64,000 nt of DNA. It comes from an uncultured Bacillota bacterium (GTDB lineage: Bacteria > Sysuimicrobiota > Sysuimicrobiia > Sysuimicrobiales > Segetimicrobiaceae). The stretch is from NCBI GenBank assembly GCA_963804645.1, contig CAWDRG010000009.1:1248001-1312000 (forward strand), in the 5' to 3' direction. Under the pieces are notes generated by a model. It did no database searches, had not been told where the DNA came from, and saw nothing but the letters and a program-made list of their open reading frames with translations. Of this stretch, positions 28,418 through 35,870 are shown piece by piece. The position numbers and the translations under genes are program-made. Positions within the stretch are counted from its first letter, which is position 1; each line of letters opens with the position of its first letter.

Positions 28418-29050
28418 CTAGATTCTCGAGCGAACGTGGAGGCCGCTCCATTTCGCGATCTGCCACGTCGCTTTCATCTTGTCGGCGTACCCGCGAAGGA
28501 GCCCGTGCTTCTCCTGTTTGGGGACGTGCCGCAGGCCGCCGAGCGGCACCGTGCGCGTGTGCAGCCCTGCGGTTTTCAAGTAGCGGTTCAGGGCCGCTTC
28601 GATTCCGAAGCCCGTATTTTCCAGCTCGGCGACGCCCTCCAACACCGAGCGGTTGAGCGCACGCTGGCCGCTGAGGATCGGGAAGAGGGTCTGGATGAAA
28701 TCGCGCGTGATTTGGCCGATCGAGCCGTCGGCGGTTCCCATCAGGACCGGCTGCAGGAGGTCTCTGACGTGTTCTGCCGTGAGTCCCACGAGGTCTCCGT
28801 CGAGCAGCAGGATGATCTCCGCGTCGGTCACGTTCAGGCCGGCGGCGATCGCACCGCCCTTTCCTTGGTTTTCTCGGAGTGCAAGGACGCGGGCGCCGTG
28901 GCGGCGCGCGGTCTCGACCGTGCCGTCGCGCGAGCCGTCGCTGACGACGATCACCTCGTCCACAAGGAGACACCGTTTCACGGCGCAGACGACCTCGCCG
29001 ATGGTGCGTTCCTCGTCGAAGGCAGGGATAATTGCGGCGACTCGAGGCAT
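28418..29050 (-). CDS. Glycosyltransferase family 2
   Basis: IIPAFDEE, SDGSRDGT, NQGKGGA, LDGD, LSGQRA. Confidence 0.92.
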   Translation of the reverse strand: MPRVAAIIPAFDEERTIGEVVCAVKRCLLVDEVIVVSDGSRDGTVETARRHGARVLALRENQGKGGAIAAGLNVTDAEIILLLDGDLVGLTAEHVRDLLQPVLMGTADGSIGQITRDFIQTLFPILSGQRALNRSVLEGVAELENTGFGIEAALNRYLKTAGLHTRTVPLGGLRHVPKQEKHGLLRGYADKMKATWQIAKWSGLHVRSRI

Positions 29051-29366
29051 CGGGCTCCCCCTAATCTGCGTGTTCCCTGTTCGGTGGGATTTCCTTCGAC
29101 ATTTTGATCGACTTGCCTCGATGAAGCGTAGGTGGAGTTTGTCAATCGTGTAACATCCCAGTTCCCCTCCAGTGTCCATCTTCGGATCGCGCCCAGGGGA
29201 GGTGTCCTTGCCCTGACAATAGTGGCGCGCCGCGGTTTCGGCATCGGTCGAAGGACCCATAAATCTGCACCGACCCGGCTTTAATCGCGCGACCGGTCTC
29301 GCTGGTGCCCTGGCCACGGATGCGGCACTCGCATTTCGGCGCGGGCATGGTGATAGGAGGTTCCTC

Positions 29367-29375
29367 TGGTATAAT
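29367..29375 (+). promoter_or_regulatory. Extended -10 promoter of tRNA-Arg
   Basis: TGGTATAAT ending 8 nt before the tRNA 5' end. Confidence 0.7.
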
Positions 29376-29383
29376 GACAATAC

Positions 29384-29459
29384 GCGCCCGTAGCTCAGCG
29401 GATAGAGCGTCGGCCTCCGGAGCCGTAGGTCGGGGGTTCAAATCCCTCCGGGCGCGCCA
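29384..29459 (+). tRNA. tRNA-Arg(CCG)
   Basis: GCGCCCG/CGGGCGC acceptor stem, CGGC-CTCCGGA-GCCG anticodon arm, GGTTCAAATCC T-arm, CCA. Confidence 0.97.
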
Positions 29460-29527
29460 TATTTTATTAGGGTTTCTGCGCGTAGTCGTGCTAGCGTTCG
29501 GCTACTCCTGATAACGGATTGATAACG
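29430..29527 (+). repeat. att-like repeat R0 (tRNA 3' end plus arm)
   Basis: TCGGGGGTTCAAATCCCTCCGGGCGCGCCA + TATTTT...GTTCGG...CTGATAACGGATTGATAACG. Confidence 0.9.
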
Positions 29528-29725
29528 TCGGGGAGAAAAGCCGGCAGATGCGCCTTCTCCGCCGAGGGGCCGATGATGTCTTTCGAGAACGGTCTCGCGG
29601 ATAAATCATTCAGATGAACAGTATTCCCCCGCAAGAGCGCAGACTTACCATTTAGTCACAGTTTTTGCCCACCGTAGGATAAAGGTGAAATCCGGCGAGA
29701 TCCTGGTTCCGCGCGGGGTGAGCGC

Positions 29726-30397
29726 ATGCGAAGGTTCGCAGCAGGGGTCACGATTTTACTTGCGATCGTGATGATGCTCGCGCTAAAGGATGCGCGAGCC
29801 AATTTGATCACCAATGGAAGTTTCGAGACGCCATTGGTACCGGTGGGGAACTTTACGAACTTCTTGACCGGGAGTACGTTAATCACCGGTTGGACTGTTA
29901 CGGGGCCAGAAGTCTCCGTAGTGAGCGGCACGTTTACCCAGTCCGGCTTCACCTTTCCTGCCCAAAATGGCAATCAGTGGCTTGACCTCACCGGAGATGG
30001 GACAAATTCGTTTGAAGGCGTGGTGCAAACGGTCAGCACGACACCGGGAACAAACTATGATTTGTCCTACTGGGAGGGGAATGTGTCCGGGGGGGTTTTT
30101 GGCACTACAAGTACGGTCGAAGTACAATTGAACGGTGTGTCTGCTGGTTCTGTGACGAACAGCACCCCGGGCACCACGTTGACCTGGCAACAGTTCGCCC
30201 TTCCGTTCACGGCGACCGGCGCCACGACGACAATCGAGTTCGACAATCTTGACCCCAGCAATGACAACTCCAACGGCCTCGACAACGTGGATTTGGAACT
30301 CGCAAGCACATCACCGGTTCCGGAGCCGTCTTCGCTCTTGTTGCTGGGTTCTGGATTGTTCGGGTTGGCCGGCTTGGTGCGGCGTCGCTTCGCCTGA
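29726..30397 (+). CDS. PEP-CTERM protein with DUF642-like carbohydrate-binding domain
   Basis: Signal peptide; NLITNGSFE...WLDL...LDNV; VPEPSSLLLLGSGLFGLAGLVRRR. Confidence 0.9.
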   Translation: MRRFAAGVTILLAIVMMLALKDARANLITNGSFETPLVPVGNFTNFLTGSTLITGWTVTGPEVSVVSGTFTQSGFTFPAQNGNQWLDLTGDGTNSFEGVVQTVSTTPGTNYDLSYWEGNVSGGVFGTTSTVEVQLNGVSAGSVTNSTPGTTLTWQQFALPFTATGATTTIEFDNLDPSNDNSNGLDNVDLELASTSPVPEPSSLLLLGSGLFGLAGLVRRRFA

Positions 30398-30425
30398 CTA
30401 AGTTGATGTGCCGGTTCAGATAGAA

Positions 30426-30523
30426 TCGGGGGTTCAAATCCCTCCGGGCGCGCCATATTTTTTACGGGTTCCTGCGCGTAGACGTGCTGGCGTTCGGTTG
30501 TTCCTGATAACGGATTGATAACG
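30426..30523 (+). repeat. att-like repeat R1
   Basis: Gapless 98-bp match to R0; first 36 bp identical; 9 mismatches by hand count. Confidence 0.95.
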
Positions 30524-30561
30524 GCACCCGAGTCGCAATCATGGACCCATGGAGAGTAACG

Positions 30562-31038
30562 ATGGCCAGCAATATCAGCAAATACGTCGTTCTGAATGAG
30601 GGCGATGGTTTGAGGTTTCAATCCGGGCCGGGTCGGGACCTGATTTTCAAGGTCACGGGCGAGGACACAAACGGAGCGTTCGATTACTTCATCGTCGAGG
30701 TGGCCCCGCATGGCGGCCCGCCGCTGCACGTCCACCACGCGCAGGAAGAGACCATCCACGTGCTGAAGGGCCGCTTCAAGATACGCATCGGCGACTCGAT
30801 TTCCACACTCATTGAGGGCGGCTTTGCTTATCTGCCCTCCAAGGTGCCGCATGCCTTCCTGAACCTGACCGATGCGGGTGGCGAGATTATTGTGGTCTAC
30901 ACGCCCGGCGGCGGGCACAAGTTTTACGAAGAGTTGGGGCCGGTCAGCCGGAGCGCGTCGCCGGACCGGCAGAAGATCGCGGCGGTGTTTGAGAAGTATG
31001 GCATGACCTTGCTGGGCGGACCCTTGACGGCGGATTAG
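30562..31038 (+). CDS. Cupin domain protein (quercetin dioxygenase-like)
   Basis: GPPLHVHHAQEE...G...PSKVPHAF. Confidence 0.9.
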   Translation: MASNISKYVVLNEGDGLRFQSGPGRDLIFKVTGEDTNGAFDYFIVEVAPHGGPPLHVHHAQEETIHVLKGRFKIRIGDSISTLIEGGFAYLPSKVPHAFLNLTDAGGEIIVVYTPGGGHKFYEELGPVSRSASPDRQKIAAVFEKYGMTLLGGPLTAD

Positions 31039-31083
31039 AACGAGTTCCAACCCAAAAGGCTGCGTCCACCGCCGCTCTATCGC

Positions 31084-31165
31084 CGGGAGTTCAAATCCCA
31101 GGGCGCGCCGTATCTTATCAGGGTTCCCGCGTAGTCGTGCTGATGTTCGGTCGTTTCTGATAGCG
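31084..31165 (+). repeat. att-like repeat R2 (degenerate)
   Basis: CGGGAGTTCAAATCCCAGGGCGCGCCGTATCTTATCAGGGTTCCCGCGTAGTCGTGCTGATGTTCGG...CTGATAGCG. Confidence 0.85.
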
Positions 31166-31478
31166 TACGCGCGCCTTCCCGAATGTCCGCGTTGGCAAGT
31201 TGGCTTTCAACACATGCTGACTTTGACGACCTTCGCACCGGCTTGCAACCCAATGTCGTTGCCAGAGGCTGGCTATCGGCCTGGTTCCTTCGTCCGAGTG
31301 TTGGAATCATCCCTTAGGATGGCGGACCCGGAATTGTTGCGCGCTAATGAACTAGTTCGAGGGTTCGGTGTTCCCCCCCCCAAAGGAGGATGGACAATAT
31401 AGTGAGACGATGAGTAGGAGTGAAATAGACGGATGCCCGAATGGAATACGGTGTTGGCGGTAAATTTGGAGGTCAAAA

Positions 31479-32405
31479 ATGTTGAATCTCCGGCCGCTTA
31501 GTACCTGTATTCTCGCTCTGGCTGCGATCGTCACGGTGGGCTTCGTGAAAGCCGCATCAGCTGATGTTGTCACCCTGGATAACTTCACGGTCACACTGAA
31601 TGGCACGACGATCTTCGACGATTCGTTCGGTGCAGGTCTGACGCTGGCGGGGGGCAATCCCCCCGGTGCAATTCTGCCGTCGGGGCAGAACTTTTCTAAT
31701 GGCACGCCGGCAAACTACGGGGTCATCGGGACGGTAACCGAAACCGGAAACAGGGCGATACTAGATTCAGCGCTCGGAGCCAATTTCGCCGGGGGGCTCG
31801 CTAAACTCAATAACACCGACCTTCAAACAGGTCCGCCGATCTCTCCCTTCTCCTTGACGCCGAACGACGCTTTCACGACAACCGCCTTGTACAATCTCAC
31901 CGTGCCCTCGAACGTCGGTGGGTTTTATCAAGTCGAACTCGCAAGCAGCACCGCCTCGAATAGTGGGGATGGGATGGGCGACGTTGTCTCGGTCGACGTT
32001 TGCACCCCGCCGCAGTTTGGCGGTCCACCACTGTGCGGGTCGGCTACCGCCCCCAGCATTCAACTATTTGATCGCAACTTTGCCGCCAATACAGGGACCG
32101 TTATTGGTCAGGCTCCGCTGGTCACCAGCAATCAACAGATCCTCTTTGAGCTTTCCCATCCTACTCCCGGGACACCCGATGTCTTCGGATCGTATGCCTA
32201 CGTGAACGGAGGCGTCGAAGGTCCCTTGACGCCTCTCGGGGACTATACCGGCCTGTTCCAGGGCCTGAACTACACTCAACCAGGCTTTACACAGTTGACT
32301 GTTACCCCTGAGCCGTCATCGCTTATGCTACTGGCCTCATCGATCCCAAGCGTTCTTGGGTTTGCGTGGCTCAGGCGTCGGAAGGCGGCTGGCTGCCGGT
32401 CCTAG
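31479..32405 (+). CDS. PEP-CTERM protein
   Basis: GGAGG RBS; signal peptide; TPEPSSLMLL...LRRRK. Confidence 0.88.
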   Translation: MLNLRPLSTCILALAAIVTVGFVKAASADVVTLDNFTVTLNGTTIFDDSFGAGLTLAGGNPPGAILPSGQNFSNGTPANYGVIGTVTETGNRAILDSALGANFAGGLAKLNNTDLQTGPPISPFSLTPNDAFTTTALYNLTVPSNVGGFYQVELASSTASNSGDGMGDVVSVDVCTPPQFGGPPLCGSATAPSIQLFDRNFAANTGTVIGQAPLVTSNQQILFELSHPTPGTPDVFGSYAYVNGGVEGPLTPLGDYTGLFQGLNYTQPGFTQLTVTPEPSSLMLLASSIPSVLGFAWLRRRKAAGCRS

Positions 32406-32548
32406 ATCAAGACACGGACTTGAGACCGTATTGGCGCCGGGCAACGTGCCGCTTGTTCCTGCGGGCGGCGCGCCCCGGCGCTGCACTGCCGAACGTGTTT
32501 ACTCCGTGGGTGAGAATCTACTCGATGGACTTCCGCCGAGTTCACCAA

Positions 32549-32637
32549 TCGATCCCGTCGGGCGTGCCATATTTTTCACGGGTTTCGGAGCCAGCGCGTG
32601 TTGGTGTTCGGCCAGTCCTGATACCGGATTGATAACG
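32549..32637 (+). repeat. att-like repeat R3 (divergent core)
   Basis: TCGATCCCGTCGGGCGTGCCATATTTTTCACGGGTTTC...GTTCGG...CCTGATACCGGATTGATAACG. Confidence 0.85.
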
Positions 32638-32662
32638 GGAGTGGGCAGATGGGGGGACGTTC

Positions 32663-33004
32663 TTGAAGCGACGAGTCGCCGATAGTCCGCTTCGAAAGGC
32701 CACCACGATCCGACTCGCCGGCAGCCTGTTTGTGAAGTTTCTCGCGCCAGATCCCAACCTCCCGATTTACCCGAACTCAGCGTTCAATCTGAAAGTCAGG
32801 ACCGTACCTAACGCCGCATGCGTTGCATCCCACGGCGCGCCTTTTGACGCCACGATTTCGCGGCCGAAACAAAACGCGGACAAAAGCGGGCATGTCGCGT
32901 GGTTTGTCAAGAACGGGAGTGCGAGCGGCTTGCGCACCGTGACGGTCACCTGCACCCAAAGCGGTAAGAAAGGCATACTGTACTTCTCCTGGGTTACCGC
33001 GTGA
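32663..33004 (+). pseudogene. Probable 5'-truncated homolog of the secreted protein at 33927-34307
   Basis: Shared VxT....C...AD..G.V.W...G.RTV.V.C pattern; no signal peptide or good start. Confidence 0.5.
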
Positions 33005-33280
33005 CGGCACGGGGACGACAAACCGGGGAAGTAGCGCAGGGCAGCGGCTCAGGGCACGGGATTCTAGAATCGCGAAGCGTCCGACAGATGCTTGGTGGAC
33101 CTCCAACGCGTGCTGGTGTTCAGCCGTTCCCGCAGCACGGATGGATCGTTGGACCCGAATCAACCGTGAGAAAGGGAAGACCTACCTCATATTCTGCCCG
33201 TGCAGTGGATCCCGCAGGAGAGTTAGGCCCGAGATCGATCAGGGAGGAGCGCAGGGGGAAATGCGGAAACCTCCGCCGGG

Positions 33281-33673
33281 ATGCTGTCTATTGGACCTCC
33301 GGGTTGGGTGGTGACATCGTGTCACGGAGGGGCGTGCGTGTGCCCTTCGGTCCCGACGCACTATCCAGATTGCTTCCTTATCTGGGGGTGGATCGTCCTG
33401 CTACTGGTGACCGCCCTCCTGCTCGTCGCGTTCGGGTTCTCCGTACGCTCGCGCTTTCTGACGCCCCCCGCATCGCTGAGCGCGTCTCAACGACTGCAGC
33501 GCCAACGGAGTTTTTGGATCGTCATGTTCGGGGTGATCATCGGGCAAGGCGTCGTCATCCTGGCGACGCATCAATCCGTGAATTCCTACGTCACGCTGCT
33601 GGTCCTGGCCGCCGCTGTAGGCATTGCCTACGTCATGTGGTCGCGCTCCCTTAGACGCCGGAAACCATTATAG
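33281..33673 (+). CDS. Small membrane protein (about 3 TM, Cys-rich N-terminus); start uncertain
   Basis: Three hydrophobic segments; basic C-terminus. Confidence 0.55.
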   Translation: MLSIGPPGWVVTSCHGGACVCPSVPTHYPDCFLIWGWIVLLLVTALLLVAFGFSVRSRFLTPPASLSASQRLQRQRSFWIVMFGVIIGQGVVILATHQSVNSYVTLLVLAAAVGIAYVMWSRSLRRRKPL

Positions 33674-33926
33674 ACGGGTGGCGTGTAGACGTCCGAGCCG
33701 AGAGGTCCGAGCGTCTCTTGTTTCATCCGGGCGCCGCGACTAAACGTCGTCTATTAGCCCCAGGGTCGGGCCGCTCTACAACAGCCTTCGGGTAGCCGGG
33801 TTCAAATCTCGAGCGCACCGATGGTCGAGTCCCGGCGACACGCGGTCTGTCAGATTCGTTCTGACCCCATGAAGTGTGAGGGCCCAGACGGAGTCCGGGC
33901 CCCTTTCATCGTCGGCTCGCCCGACG

Positions 33927-34307
33927 CTACTGGACGTCGTATCCCACCTCCAGGCCCACGGTGCCGGACGCGTTCTTGCAGAATACGTGAACCGTCCGAT
34001 GCCCCTTCGGGAAGTTCATGCCGAGTTTCCACGCCCAGGTCACTTTGCCTTGGTCATCAGCTTGGACGTTGGGCAGATGGTACTCTGACGGGGCTCCGCC
34101 CTTGGCGCTTCCGCCGGGTTGCGCACCCTGGATGTCACCCGAACACGTCGTTCCAGTCTGCGTCTGCACAACGAGCTGTTGGGAACCTCCGGATGCGATC
34201 GGCGATACAATCGATACGAGCGTGACCGTGAGCGCATCGGCAAAGCTTGGCCCCACCGCGACGGTGACAGCCGCGAAGATCGTGAACACGACAGCGAGTG
34301 CACGCAC
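33927..34307 (-). CDS. Small secreted protein, predicted beta-rich with two Cys
   Basis: AAGGAGG RBS; signal peptide MRALAVVFTIFAAV...SFA. Confidence 0.75.
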   Translation of the reverse strand: MRALAVVFTIFAAVTVAVGPSFADALTVTLVSIVSPIASGGSQQLVVQTQTGTTCSGDIQGAQPGGSAKGGAPSEYHLPNVQADDQGKVTWAWKLGMNFPKGHRTVHVFCKNASGTVGLEVGYDVQ

Positions 34308-35016
34308 GCCAGTCCCTCCTTATGTGCCGTTTGCGAGCGGGCCTCTATTCGGCTCGCGCGGGGACTCCTCCTTGCGGACATCGCATGATCCCGGCAACGT
34401 CGACCGCGGGGTGCTGGTCGACCTCGCGGCTCGATCGTATGGAGGGAATCAACTGAGTCTGAAGAACGAGGCGATAGCCGCACACAGGATCGGGCGCGCG
34501 ACGTTCACAACCTGGCGTGCGCTGCGTACGGGAGGCATATGATGACAGCTTCTCGGAAGAGCAAGCGGAAGGCTGTCGCGGCGAGTGGCCGCAGCACAGC
34601 ACGCCCGCCCGGAGGAGCCGCGTGGCGTCGACCGCCCGCGCGGCGAAGGCCAAGCCGGCGATTCTGATCAATGAGAAATCCGTGCGGTCGCGCCCACGTC
34701 CGGCGCGGAAGCGCCGCCCGTAACGAGACCACACGCCGAGAATCGTCGCCGCCTGGCTCATGGTATTTCAATCGCGGCGATATCTATCGTCTCGACCGCT
34801 CCCACGTCTCTGCACACTCGCCTTCGCGACCGCCGCGTCGGCGGTGTTCTTGGGGCGTTTTGTTCGACGATCGGCGGCATGATGTCGTCTGGGGCACGCC
34901 GCGTGACTCTGCGGGTGGGCTCGTGACGGTGCGTGGCTTCGCGGCTGTCGGAGGTGCGCGCCCCGGGGCATGGTCCGCCGTCTCCGAAGCGGTCGTGAGA
35001 GGTCGTACGGGAGGAG

Positions 35017-35379
35017 ATGATGCCGATGGGCGTTGGTGGGATCGCGATGTGGTACATTCAGTCGATCTACGCGGAGAACGAGGACTTTTCGTTCACGCAT
35101 GATATCGAGTTCGCTCCCTCCAGCATCGGGGCCACCGGGTTCGGGAACTACCTGATGGTGAGCGGATCGCCAAACTACTACTATATTGGCGTCAGCGAGT
35201 ACCGCACCCGCGACCCCGAGACCGGCGTGGATACCGTCCACACCTTCGGGACGAGTTACGGCACCGTCGCGCCGGCGTTCTTCGATAACAACGTGGACAG
35301 CGTGACCTACGCGATCGGCCTCGGGAATTCCAACTGGGTGTGGATCAACGTGACGATGCAGCTGTTCTTCTTCGACTAG
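35017..35379 (+). CDS. Hypothetical protein (aromatic, beta-rich)
   Basis: GGAGG RBS; GC3-biased codons; protein-like composition. Confidence 0.7.
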   Translation: MMPMGVGGIAMWYIQSIYAENEDFSFTHDIEFAPSSIGATGFGNYLMVSGSPNYYYIGVSEYRTRDPETGVDTVHTFGTSYGTVAPAFFDNNVDSVTYAIGLGNSNWVWINVTMQLFFFD

Positions 35380-35389
35380 GGGGCGCGCC

Positions 35390-35707
35390 ATGATGATGAT
35401 GGGGCACGGGAAAATCATTGCTCCGGAGGCGAGCTCGATCTGCGTGCTGTACGATCCGGCGGATGGCCGGATTCTCCACATGCATCGGGTGACGACGCTG
35501 CCCGGCGGCCGCAGGATGGACGCGAAAGCAATCGAGGCGCGCGCGTTCGAGCTTGCCAAGCAATGCGGCGCGGACGTGTCTCGGGCGCACGCGCTGCAGG
35601 TCGATCCGCGGGACGTCACGCCGAGTGTGCCTCACCGGGTGGATGTGCGGACACGGCGCCTCGTGGTGCGGCCGGGCGGCATCCCGTCCAAGTGGGGGCG
35701 CGGTTGA
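35390..35707 (+). CDS. Hypothetical protein
   Basis: 10 nt after the previous gene; VLYDPADGRILHMH. Confidence 0.65.
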   Translation: MMMMGHGKIIAPEASSICVLYDPADGRILHMHRVTTLPGGRRMDAKAIEARAFELAKQCGADVSRAHALQVDPRDVTPSVPHRVDVRTRRLVVRPGGIPSKWGRG

Positions 35708-35870
35708 TCCACGCGACCCCGCTCGCGGGCGACGAACCGAACGGGCGGAACACCCAGGAAGTCCCGGCGGCGCATCTCGAACACGATCCGGCGTGCGTGT
35801 GGGTCGCCGTGGGCGGCGGCCGCGCGGCACTGCGGCGCGTGGTCGAGAACCCGGGTATTGGGGGAGCGTA

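Larger units (their letters stand above)
29430..34307. mobile_element. tRNA-Arg-anchored island / array of att-like repeats with cargo genes; no integrase; right boundary uncertain
   Basis: Repeated tRNA 3'-end units at 29430, 30426, 31084, 32549 and possibly 33797; visibly more AT-rich than the flanks. Confidence 0.8.

Noticed and set aside
30426..30455. Additional tRNA genes at R1-R3
   Set aside because: Only the T-arm and 3' acceptor strand are present; no D-arm or anticodon arm.
29430..33820. CRISPR array or classical integron attC array
   Set aside because: Repeats are about 98 bp, tRNA-derived and separated by gene-sized units; no cas or intI gene, and no attC-type RYYYAAC/GTTRRRY palindromes seen.
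33797..33820. Fifth full att repeat
   Set aside because: CGGGTTCAAATCTCGAGCGCACC resembles the core only weakly and lacks the arm; kept only as a possible remnant.
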